NCBI GenBank assembly: GCA_002633005.1
Contig: NMRA01000089.1
Location: 874,003-938,002, forward strand
Direction of reading: 5' to 3'
DNA: 64,000 bases
Source of the DNA: Phoronis australis
Taxonomy: Eukaryota > Animalia > Phoronida
Position 1 is the stretch's first letter; each line of letters starts with the position of its first letter. Below are positions 27,701-38,151 of this stretch, in pieces. The notes under the pieces were generated by a model. It was not told where the DNA came from. It saw only the letters and a list, made by a program, of their open reading frames with translations, and did no database searches. A program made the translations under genes and the position numbers.

Positions 27701-30014
27701 GGCGTGTAAGATCTGGAATTACAATGGGATCTCCAGTCATGGGAAAGTTTTTAAAAAGAATTAAAACGGTGTTACCATGGCAGGGGTTATTAATGCCTTT
27801 CTCCTGCATCAGTCAATATAAACAATCATTGGATCAGAAATATTGACCGTTGTTGAATTTAACGCTTCATAATCTGTCCAAGTCATAATGTCTTTTGATA
27901 TCAGTGTAATATGTTGGCCAATAACTTAAGCACTATCTGAAAGATGGTTAAATTGAGTAATTTGTGTTTCTATGTGTCTGCTAGTTGATGAATTGAGGCG
28001 CGAGTGACAATCAATAATAGTGAAGCAATCTCCATGTTAATCAACAATTCATTAGTATCAAACTAGACTATATATTGTATTCAGACATAAAAGTATATGT
28101 GTATATTTTGTGAACTGTGTGTTAGTGAGAAGGAAATATGGCAGATGTTCTACAGACAAAGCGGCGACTAAATATAGCATTAAATTCTAGTCATGAACGT
28201 TTCAGAGGCGACATTTTCTGCCAGAGGTGGAAATTTGGTTCTGAAAATGAGGGTTTTAAATATCTGACTAACTTGAGGTGTACTGTGCCGCGACGGGCTG
28301 CAGGGCTAGCTGCATTAGTGCAAGGTTAAAAGTTCTATCAATAGAGATTGGTTAAAATATCGTCGACGTTCATATCAAGACCTTTAAATGTTACATAGGT
28401 TCCCAAGTTTTTCCAGCTCTGTGTCCGTGCACAGTCAGTATAGTGAAGAACTTTCATGAGTTTGATGTACTAATGCAAGTTGTATTTTATGTCACGTTTC
28501 CATGACCTTTGCTTAGAGTGTCTGAATTTCCCAGGATTAATTTTCCTTGCTACACTCTCAACTGTTGGTTTTGGTATCGTTAGGTTCTCTTGCACTCTCG
28601 TTTTATGGCATGTACAGAATCTCTTCCTGCTGTTTTGCTGACTTTCACAATCATACAACAAAACGTAAAACTTACTGAAATCTGGGGTACAGTTGAAAAT
28701 TTCATCCAATTTCCGTAGGTAACATTTAAAGCTGATTTGACTGTTGCTCAGTGTGTTTACATGGCCAGTATTGTTTAAATTCTTTAAAATGCTGCCAATC
28801 AAAGTTAACCTTTCATTCATTGCGTCACTACTGTTTCCTTATAGATATGTTGCGGTTTTGTTCTTGAAAAGCACTGATGCCCTGTTTCCTCTCCAAAAAG
28901 CTGTGGGGTATTGGTTGGAACACTGCCAATGTTATCATTTCATTCTAATTTGCATCACAGGTCCCCGAGAAACAGCTCTAATAGATACATCCTGTCATGT
29001 GCCTTGAGACGGGATGCGGAAGTTGTCATGGGAACTGACACTTGACTGCATGTTGTAGTGAAAATGAAATTTATTCGCTCTTTTTGTTTTCAAGTTATTG
29101 CAATTTGTCTCCTGTTTAGTACAGACAAGTGAAATTTCGTTTTCTCAAATTTCTCAATAGTAAAAAGTAAGCTTTTAGAAAATTATTAACTTGATCGTTT
29201 GTAGCAAGGTTGTCGGTCATTTATTGAAAATGACAGTTTTGGCAATTATTTTGTGTGCAAAGTAGCTGAAAACCTACTGTGCTTTCTCAAGTTTGATAGT
29301 TAAGAAGTAAAGGCACTTGAAAGATTGCAAACCACAAGCCTCTGTCAAGACGGCCCTAGTTTAATTATTCTACGGAATTGTTAGCGCAAAAATGACGTGT
29401 GTGGAGGTTATTGTTCACAATTTCCAAAACCTCATTGTTTTGGTTCAACATGTTTGTGATGTTGAATCAATTTGTGTTTATTGTCTAGTTTAAAAGGGAG
29501 GTTAAATGATTATATGGTCTCAGGTATCATTTTCTAATTCTTGTTGATAGTCTGTGGCCCATGTCAGACCTCCCTTGAAAATTTCATAAAAATTCATTAT
29601 TTTGGGTAATGTTGTTAACAGGGAAACTAAGGGTAATGATGAACGGCTGCTTTCTGTCAAGGTCATGACCTCCAGGAAGATGGTTAAAAATGTACCAGAA
29701 CACATTTTGAGTTACATAGCAGAGCTTGTGTTTTCTATTTTAAAGTTAACTAAAGTATACTGAATCAGTTAAGAGGTAATGGAGTGGTTTTGTGCCCCCT
29801 TAGAGGTAGTGTGTTCAATGTTCTGTAGCTCTCAGCAGGGTTTCTTCTCAGTTCTCCAATAATCCATTCTTCATTCTGATTGGTTACTGGTCTTATTGAA
29901 GGACAAAAATAGAACGCTACCAATTTGGCTGCTGGTCCAGTATTTCAAATGCAAGTAACGTAGGCATCATATAAACACTGGAAATAGTAAAATTACTTTT
30001 TCCATTACATATTG

Positions 30015-30055
<41 letters not shown>

Positions 30056-33000
30056 CGTCATTATTATTGCTATACCAAAATGTTTCCGTATCCAAATTTT
30101 TGGTTACCGTATACTTTTCATTAGTGTTGTTGATGGTATTATTTTTATTGTTATTACTACTACTATTATTATTATTGTTAATATAATAATTAAATTCTTT
30201 TTAAATCATTATTTTCTGTTCAGGTGGGAAATATTCTAATACTGTCATGATTTCACATTTTTGTTGCTCTTTACCTTGTGTTAACTTCCTTCATTTATTA
30301 GACATCAATCAATAATTGTGAAGACTGCTAACCACTAAAGCTGTAGAATATGGTAATTCAATTCGACTAATTGCAACCTACATATTTCATGTGTGTTGTG
30401 ATAAGTGTCAGTCAGTTTGCTTGGCTTAGTTATAAAAATAACAAATTCCATTGTGCTGCACTTCAACAATATGCTTGGCCTTGGGGTCACTATGGCAGGC
30501 GATTGTCTGGCCCCTAATCAGCCTAGGCATGCTGATTAGTTTGTTTTAGTCTATGATAGCTTCTGAAGAGTCAGTTTGTTTTATGGGATTTTATGAGGAC
30601 TCTGGCTGTCATAGTGAAAGTGCTGTTTTATTGAGTTCATGTTGGTGCGCAGGGAGTAGCATGGTAAATAACAACAAATTCGACTTTCAGTGAAAATTTT
30701 GCCTGTCAAAATGTTTTCCGTAAATTTCCTTCGGATCTGAATTGTTTTTGAAGCTTGACTGTCTCGTGCCAATGCTCGTTGCAGAGTACCAACACAAGTT
30801 GCTCGGGTGTTTAGTGGCGGCGTGTATTTTTATGTGCCAAGATGTGGTGCTCCCTATCATATTCCTTTCCTTTATTTCTTATGTGGCTGAGTTATTGCAT
30901 TGGTTAGTCTGTCCCTCATGCTTTTAGATGTGTGTGCTCGATAATTAAGGCTTCTTTTACAAAGTAATGTTTTGGTACATGAATGTGTGATTTCATTTGT
31001 GATGTGTTTGCAGATTTCTGGACATCCTCCCTGGCTGATGTCAACCAACACCTGAAGAGGGCTCTGGAGGAGGAAGCATGCAATGGTGACAGCGACTTGA
31101 CATTGCTGGAGGATTTGCCCGCAGGTGCAGTTGAGTGTAAGCCCAATACACAGCTGTCCGTGTCTGACTGTGGGAAAGAACTTGAGGCCCTTTCACCTTT
31201 TTTGACGTTGCTAAATTTTTCGGAAAACCAGAGCGACACATCTGGCACATGGAAAAGTACCCTAGACAAGAACTGCAGCAGTTTGACCAAGACTTTTCAA
31301 AAAGAGGTGGAAATTGTGATTGACCCCGCAGAGCCTACCGATGGGGTAGTGAACAATGAACATTCGAGCTCGACAATGTTCCATAGCACAAATCAAATTG
31401 ATCTCATTCAACCAGACAATACTCGTTATTATCGTGGCAATCTCTCTGACCGTATCAGTGATTATGAGGACATCTGGTCCTCCAACAAGGGACCACAAGA
31501 TGGCGGCGCATCAGACGGCATGCATTTTCAGGTAATTAATATCACTGACCTGCAGTCGACTCCGAAAGAGGACAGTCTCACATTCAGCCCCATTCAGCTT
31601 TCAACGGAACATTTCTTGAAATCACAGGCTGCTAATAATAATGAGTATCCCAAGTCATCTAACGCGTCATCGATGGTGCCGCCAACTCAAGTGCCATCTA
31701 CGCGGCGGGTGCCGAGCACCCAACCAAATTTTTTCCGCTTTGACTTTGACCAGAAGACTCGGGACATGCTGAGCTCTCAGCAGAGGTATGGCAGCCCGCT
31801 CTACGTGGAACCCGCCGATGCCATCGAAGGCATACCACAGCACGTGACGGTGAATCGCATCACGACTGACCCAAGCATGTCAGACAGCGCTACTGAGTCA
31901 AAGCTATTGGCTGCTCCTCCAAGACGTGCTTTAAGGAGCAGACACACCGTCAAAGAGATTCCAGTTTGTTCAGGTGCCCCCAGTGATCGGCCTAGAAAAC
32001 TGCAAAGGGTGAAAACTGCTCCAGCGCAGTTGCCACGTCAGCTGGATAGTTTAAAACAAAACTCTAGACCCGCAGTGAAGACAACTGATTCCTCATCAGA
32101 TGGTCGAGTCAGTCGTGGGGTGGGCCACCAAGGTATAACATTCCTGTCTCCAAGCGGTAGCGACAGGGGTCTGTATGTCAACACGGCACCTGGCCTGATT
32201 CATGACCCTCCACCACCAAGTCCCAACCAGGCTCACCAGCAGATCATGGCTCAGCTCAGCCGTGAGTCCAGCAAAAGTGGTCTGTCCCGCTCTAAGAGCC
32301 TCAAAGAGAAGTCCTCTAGTCAACCTATCCAGGTACCAGAGCGTGAAGCGCAGACGTTGCCTACAGACATAGCCAGACTAAAAACCAGCAGCGGCTCTGA
32401 AACCAGCGATTCAGACACATTGACTCAGGTTTCGCTACAGGTAAACAATTTCAGGCCTCGGTCGGAAACGATGATTAGTACATATGACAATGTGAAAAAT
32501 GTTAGTCGCGACCAAGGGGTAGATATGCTCGATGATTACGAGACTGGGCAGGTATCTTTGGTGCCACCAAAAAAGTCCAGCACAGTTGAACAAAATCTCC
32601 ATGATCTACAAACTTTGCTCAATGATGAGGCAGCCTTAAGTCCACGCTGTGGTAAGTTCCCTGTGTTTAGCAACTCGTCGGACAACTCCACATTCACTGA
32701 CTCATCAACCATCGCTGATCTCATAAATTTGCATGCTCCCGAGCTGACCGTCAAGCCACTACAACAGCTTACCGCCAAGAATCTCCAACGACTGTCTGTG
32801 TATGACAATGTGCCTGACGTCAGCTTGAGGAAATCAATTGCCTTCTCGGCGGCACGTGGATCCGTTGCATTTTCCGCCGTTAGTGCTGGCACCGTGTTCT
32901 CAAAACCATGGGATAATACTCTGTGGAACGACTTGCTCAATTTGCCCGAGAACGAGGCAAATCCCCGAGAGAGGCTGCCAACAGAACTGAACGAACGTCT

Positions 33001-36000
33001 ACAGGAATGGAAGGTTAACAGGCAGGCTCAGCTCTCCTTGTCCTCGCCAACATTCATGCCGCAGCCGTGCTCTCCTCCGGACACGCCCACTAATCCATTT
33101 CCTGTAGTCAACGAAGACCGGCAATCATGGGTGTCAGGCAACGACGTAGACCATTACGATGACGAAAAAGAAGACGATGACTACCAATTGGTCTCTGAAA
33201 TGACTGGCTACCCCCTCCGCTCAGATGCTACAGACTATCAGAATTTGTCGGATAACGTGGACAGTGGTACAGAGCTCGGATCTTACAGTTCACAGGAAAA
33301 TGTCAACAGCTTGCCAAGGAGAAGTCAACCTCTCATGCTACCTGACATCGCAATAACCACCACAGACGTCAGCCAAGGGAGATCATTCCAAGAAAGATTG
33401 GATCCATTTTTATGTGAGTGTTCTTCACGTAATTGATTTTCTGTTACATTTGTCAAGATAATGAAAAAAAAATTAAGAAAGTCATGTTGTGATTTTTAGA
33501 ATAAGGGATTTTCTTGAGCCTAGTGATAACGACAGCCCAAGCATGAAAAATGTAAGGAAACTTGAAATTTTGTTCCATTTTACTGTTGTGTAATCTCGTC
33601 GACAACCTAACTCTAACATACTGAAGACTTTGGGTGAGCCACTGTCACTCTTGACAAATTTAAGTAGACAATAGAGAAGTCAGTCTTTTCGGTGCTGTGC
33701 TTGTAGCCTGTGCGTTGGCTGAGGCACTGAATTTGAGCCTTCCCTGAATGAGCCACCTCAGTGCACTCGCCTTTCACCAAACCAGATTCCATCTCCTCTC
33801 TTTGTGACTGTCAGGTGCACCACGCCTCATCAACCTTCGACAACGGGACAAGAACCACCAGCCAGGCATTAAGATCCGGAACTACATCTCCAAGCTATCG
33901 ACTGACAACAGCACAATCTTTGGGAGCACGGTGGAGAACTTCATCCAGTGCACGTTAGAGAGCCCCGAGATGAGTCCACATGTGGTCATGCGTAACGTGC
34001 GCCAGTTCATGAGTGGCATCAAGAACTACTTGGTGAAGAGTGGCGAGAAGGACCTCCTGCAGGTGATAGAGAGGGAGAGGCAAGAAGTAGGTACTCTAAA
34101 AGTGGCGGTTGTACACCTGTGTACTTTTTAAAGAAAATGTATTTTAAAACCCCGATCGGATCTTGTAGGGTTCGTTGTCCAAAATACAAAATAGTCCAAG
34201 TTTAAATTTGATTTTTGACGAATGAAAAGAACTGCCGTGTTTTAGGTACTCTATGCCTGCCACCTGGTGGTATGATGTCATTAACAGAACAAAATGGCAC
34301 TGAGTTCCTCTAATATCAAATTATGACTGTTGAGTGGCATTTTCTTATGTGAGACATCAGGAATTTAACTTATTTCAATCTGATGCACTTGTTTCAGCTG
34401 GACGCTGATGAATTTCTCAACATTGATGCCATCATAGAGGGTGCATTGCACAAGTGTGTAGTACGACCACTCAAGAGTCACATCTATCACCTGTTTGTAC
34501 ATGAGTACACCAAGAATGGCCGACTGAAGCTGTTGTCACGGAATATTCATGAGGGTCAGAAGAAAACACCAGAGGAACTGGGAATTAGAGTAAGGGACAT
34601 CCTTGTCTTCCTGACATTGATCAAATGAACTTTGTCATTAAATATCAGTTCTAGAATCTCTATGACTGCATTGTTACCTTAAGGTGGTTTACACAGTCAC
34701 TATTTCATCAAAACTGCCATTGATTTTGCCTTTCGTGTGTCTTAAACAAAAGATTAATACTGTGATAGGCTTAAAATTACACTATACCCAGATATTAGCA
34801 TCTAGCAGATATTGAGATGAATTTATACTGTGAAACCAGACTGTACTCTGTACACTTTTGCAAATCCTTGGTGGTTTGATTGAACAACTTACAAAATTTG
34901 AAAGCATGATCAACACTTCAGGCAAGTAAATAGACTTTGGGGAGAGGCTGTGCATCTTGTCAACCACAGAATACATTTTGTGACACTGTGACAGAGTTTT
35001 AGCCGAACAATGCTTTATCTTTTCAGTTAAGTGCTAATGTTGCAATAGCAGATAAGGGAAGAAACTTGGGAGTAAAATTATTGAAACATGGTTTAGTATC
35101 CTTTTAATTCATTCAGTATTTGAGTCAGTTTCAATTTTCATTTGAGTGTTAAACATTTGTTTTTCAGCTTGGCCTGAACCCACCTCAAGGGACTTCCATG
35201 GAAGTCATAAAACATTTCCTGGTCAAAATGCAAGAGGCGTACTCCCCTTTGAAGAAGCTGGAAAACTTACTGGGTGCAACATCGTCAATCTATAACAGTG
35301 TAAGTGGTGAAAAGGCGATCTGTCACGTGATGGTTTGGCATGGAAGCATAAATCTGTTTAATATGAATTTTCTGTAAACAATTAGAAATTGTATTTCACT
35401 AAGTGAAACCTCAGTTGGTGTTATTCACATGTGGTTATTTGTCCTTCGTAATTCAATATGAAATTGACATTCTTTGACAGTTCCTTCATTTTTCAAAGTG
35501 TCTAAGTTATTCCGTCAGTTGTTTCTATGTTTCAGCGTTCTAAGTAAAATATGTCGAACATTATTTTCAGGTGATGCCCTCTATGGATGGTGAGAGTGAG
35601 GTTTCAATGGGAGCTGATGGTATGTTCATTTCTTTTGCTTACTTGTCCTTGTGATGTATTGACATTATATCTGTTTCATTTAATTCCAACTGTGATGAAT
35701 GTTCATCAAGTTTAACTCATTTTTCTCAGTCTGAAAAGTTTTTCATTTTCTGTTGACAATTCATTGAAGAGCTCTCTAAACACTTTGAGTTTAAGCTATG
35801 GTGGTGAAGCAGGACATAACGTATAAAAAATGTATATTCTGTTTTAGAGAGTTCTGGAGTGAATTGTCAGCATATAACATATGTAAAGTCTTCAAAGTCT
35901 TTGAGTAAATCATTAAAGTTGTTTATTTTGGAAAAAGGCATCAATTAAAGCCTCAGGCAGTGCCGTTTTTTGGAAAAAATGTCGTTTTGGATGGAATACT

Positions 36001-38151
36001 TTGTTTTGTCTTTGATGCGATGAGTTAGCATTTCCAATTACAAATGATAACATTATAAATTGTATGGAGTTCATGGATTGTTTCAACTCGAAAATTTGTC
36101 ATTGGCTTTAAACTTGTTGTATTTAAGTTTGACCTAATTAGCATGACGTGGGATTATGGAGATTCTGTATGTACATGACGCGTATGGTTGGGAGGTTGTT
36201 GAATAATGGATACTTGAGTGTTCGTGTTACAGATCTTAACAGGCTACTATATTGTACTGTTGTTGGCAGTTTATTTATTTCCATCAGAGAAATTTTGTAA
36301 ATTTTATGTATAACATCAAAATAAGTTTGGAGGGTTTGTCAAGGATACTTTGAAGTTAATGTCATTTGAACGTCAACAAATCGGTCTTTTTTTGTTTCAT
36401 GGGAAAGTGAGTTTGAAATTTGAATTTGAGCATTATTGCGTTTCTGTTGCAGATTTCTTGCCGATGTTCATCTATGTCATTGTTCAGTGCGGAATCGTGT
36501 CGGCTGAGATTGAGGCTGATTACATGTGGGGTCTCCTTCACCCCTCGCTGCTGACTGGAGAGGGGGGTTACTACCTGACCACTCTAAGTAGCGCTGTACA
36601 CGTGTTGAAGAACCTACACTACCTACAGTCTATGGACAGCCAGGTAATTGTGCATCCCTGGAAAAATTGAAATTGTTTGGGCATTTGTTAATTGTGCTTT
36701 AACTGTATCAAATTTTACATTTTATTAGGGCACGACTTAAATGATGACTTGACCATGTAATGCAACTTTTTAAAAGAACTATGGACACCAGCGCAATCTA
36801 TTGGTTAATGGTATACATTATGAGTCTCCATATTCATGAAACTTGGAATAAGATTGAAATTGCATTTTGTTCACTCTTGTGATGTTTTGACTTGTCATGC
36901 TGGTCTATATAGAGGTTGTTTTTAATTTTTGTATTGATACACCTTGACAGTATCTCATTAATTCATGACTTGTTGCTTAAAGCTCACAGGTGAGGAGATT
37001 TGATTTTGTCAGTGAATGTGGTCCAAATTTCATGACTTGTGGAGAGTTATGATGTAAAATGCTCCCACTATAGTGGAGATTGATTTGTTTATCAGTCGAC
37101 CATTCCCGATAGTATTTCAGTGTCCACTATTTTTCAATCACATTACGCATGAAGGGAGGAAGTGATCTTAAATTAGGAGTCTCCAATAAGTGTTGTTTGT
37201 GAGGTTACTGTTTTCTCGACCCCATTTTGACCTTTAAATTACCCACTTTTCAGTCGAGACTGCCAGCCATAAGTGACGTGCAAGGCTTCATGAGGATCGT
37301 GATACCAGATGAGAAGTACAGCAGTCTCGTCGCCAAGACACTTCCTGTTCGACCCAACATGACCACCAAAGACGTCTGCTCCATGTTGGTTCACAAACTA
37401 AAGATAACCAACCCTCAAGAATACTCCCTCTACAAGGTTGTGGCCGGAGAAGGTATGGTGTTCTCCACCATCATGTTTTGGCGAATATTATGACAGTTAA
37501 TATTCTTTGCTAAAAATACATCGACTATCAACAAAATTAGTGCAGGTGATCTGAAACCTTATGATGTGCACCATCAGGCCAGGTTCATTGTACAAGCAGC
37601 CGGTTTGGGCTGTGGAGAACTCTCATGTTCATGAGAGAAGATATCGGCAGACTTCTTTCAAATATATATGCAGACTTCACTGTTGGTAGACATTATTGGA
37701 TAATAGCCTTTAGGAGTGAGGCTTAATTACCAAATACTTTGTTGAGTTAATGCCGTTGGCTCTTAAATTACATTTAACGTTGGTATTCTTGTCTCAGAAA
37801 TCAACAGAGAATTAGATTAATAATCTGATATTATTTGTTCTGTTTTGAGAAATAGGAAAGATGTGTTGTTAACGGTCAAATGTTGTCAGATCCAACTAGT
37901 ATTCAAATCATATTTTGACGATGCCTTAACAGCAGTAAATGTAATCGTGAATTTTTAAATTAGTTCACTTGTTTCATTTTTATCTCATTTTGACAAACTT
38001 CCGTATTATTACAGAGACGATGTTGACAGATGCCGTGTGTCCTCAGACTATTAGGGCGGAGCATTTGGAGCGAGGCATGACTTGTACTTTTGTCTACCGA
38101 CGAACTGATGCCAACATAGCCTTGCCAAAGTCACTCAACCGCCACCACTGA
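711..38151 (+). CDS. spri: Sprint/RIN-family protein (Ras and Rab interactor; SH2 + RH/VPS9 Rab5-GEF + RA domain), whole spliced CDS, 14 exons, ~1665 aa
   Basis: Exons 711-791, 1851-1951, 13845-14664, 15817-15960, 20184-20371, 23787-23878, 31014-33413, 33815-34086, 34398-34589, 35168-35299, 35571-35619, 36453-36643, 37254-37452, 38015-38151. All introns are GT-AG and phase-consistent; total 4998 nt. Motifs: ERLIESRPIW, SH2 FMVRKS...FPYLPLLIAHYC, VPS9 GADDFLP...GEGGYYLTTL, C-terminal RA domain. The first three exons are less certain than the domain-coding ones. Confidence 0.9.
1851..1951 (+). CDS. spri: Sprint/RIN coding exon 2 (LITSIATDLDVLLSDLCGRRPVVRADKVSVDEN)
   Basis: TTTCAG acceptor, GTGAGA donor, open frame. 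Phase 0 in and phase 2 out, matching the 13845 exon. Confidence 0.75.
3167..3205. repeat. 20-bp tandem duplication
   Basis: AGTACTCTTAAAGGGG(G)CCT x2. Confidence 0.85.
5420..6220. repeat. CpG-rich interspersed repeat, probably a non-autonomous DNA element
   Basis: Abrupt CpG-rich block inside a CpG-poor intron; no credible ORF; family not identifiable by eye. Confidence 0.4.
6327..6455. mobile_element. Degenerate MITE of the CAGGGGCGGATCCAGG...CTGGATCCGCCCCTG type
   Basis: Termini CAGGGTCAGATCCAGGATTTT and CTAAATCCGCCACAG with inner G-run / C-run; no clear TSD. Confidence 0.55.
13845..14664 (+). CDS. spri: Sprint/RIN coding exon 3, acidic Ser/Glu-rich disordered segment
   Basis: Lies within ORF 13651-14814; TTCCAG acceptor, GTAAGG donor; phase 2 to 0. 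Confidence 0.8.
15817..15960 (+). CDS. spri: Sprint/RIN exon 4, start of SH2 region (AAVSEEEHKEVLKAIDMLERLIESRPIWYLPNVRRATATQLLKDQDVG)
   Basis: TAG acceptor, GTAAAT donor; resembles the RIN-family L.RL....P.W motif preceding the SH2 core. Confidence 0.9.
20184..20371 (+). CDS. spri: Sprint/RIN exon 5, SH2 core
   Basis: MFMVRKS...VEHYLIE...FPYLPLLIAHYC; TAG acceptor, GTGAGT donor. Confidence 0.95.
21401..21557. repeat. Diverged direct duplication (~60 bp units, 94-bp spacing)
   Basis: ATATTCTGTTTTA...AAATTGGT.TC.CTT.GATG...TAAGGT.TTTTCAA.TGGTTT at 21401 and 21495. Confidence 0.75.
23787..23878 (+). CDS. spri: Sprint/RIN exon 6 (DELPCCLVLPPVVMNTRSHRELTSLALLGQ)
   Basis: TTTCAG acceptor, GTGAGT donor; phase 2 to 1; end of SH2 (LP..L.LP). 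Confidence 0.92.
24735..24779. repeat. (CTGT/CTGC)n degenerate tetranucleotide repeat
   Basis: TGTCTGTCTGTCTGCCTGC...TGTCTGCCTGTCTGCCTGCC. Confidence 0.75.
27125..27184. repeat. 60-nt hairpin (25-bp stem, 10-nt loop)
   Basis: CAGACCCCAAAATGTGGTGATGGCC / GGTCATTATCACATTTTGGGGTCTG; the 3 non-Watson-Crick positions are G:T. Confidence 0.85.
30016..30055. repeat. (ATT)n microsatellite, with degenerate continuation to ~30190
   Basis: About 13 perfect TTA units. Confidence 0.95.
31014..33413 (+). CDS. spri: Sprint/RIN exon 7, 2.4 kb exon encoding a low-complexity Ser/Pro-rich linker with Tyr motifs
   Basis: ORF 30983-33436; TTGCAG acceptor gives GQDFWTS across the junction; GTGAGT donor; phase 1 to 1. 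Confidence 0.93.
33815..34086 (+). CDS. spri: Sprint/RIN exon 8, RIN-homology helical region
   Basis: ...STIFGSTVENFIQC...VMRNVRQFMSGIKNYL; TCAG acceptor, GTAGGT donor. Confidence 0.93.
34398..34589 (+). CDS. spri: Sprint/RIN exon 9
   Basis: LDADEFLNIDAIIEGALHKCVVRPLK...TPEELGIR; TTTCAG / GTAAGG. Confidence 0.95.
35168..35299 (+). CDS. spri: Sprint/RIN exon 10, VPS9 start
   Basis: LGLNPPQGTSMEVIKHFLVKMQEAYSPLKKLENLLGATSSIYNS; TTTCAG / GTAAGT. Confidence 0.95.
35571..35619 (+). CDS. spri: Sprint/RIN exon 11 (49 nt; VMPSMDGESEVSMGAD)
   Basis: TTTCAG / GTATGT; supplies the VPS9 GADD motif across the junction. Confidence 0.9.
36453..36643 (+). CDS. spri: Sprint/RIN exon 12, VPS9 catalytic core
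   Basis: DFLPMFIYVIV...YMWGLLHPSLLTGEGGYYLTTLSSAV; TTGCAG / GTAATT. Confidence 0.96.
37254..37452 (+). CDS. spri: Sprint/RIN exon 13, Ras-association domain
   Basis: QGFMRIVIPD...KTLPVRPNMTTKDVC...KLKITNPQEYSLY; TTTCAG / GTATGG. Confidence 0.95.
38015..38151 (+). CDS. spri: Sprint/RIN terminal coding exon (end of RA domain, TGA)
   Basis: ETMLTDAVCPQTIR...TFVYRR; ACAG acceptor; stop at 38149-38151. Confidence 0.93.

Noticed and set aside
30012-30239. Poly-Ile hydrophobic ORF resembling a membrane peptide
   Set aside because: It is a translation of an (ATT)n microsatellite inside an intron.
31041-32940. Several minus-strand ORFs opposite the large RIN exon
   Set aside because: Antisense shadows of a long coding exon.
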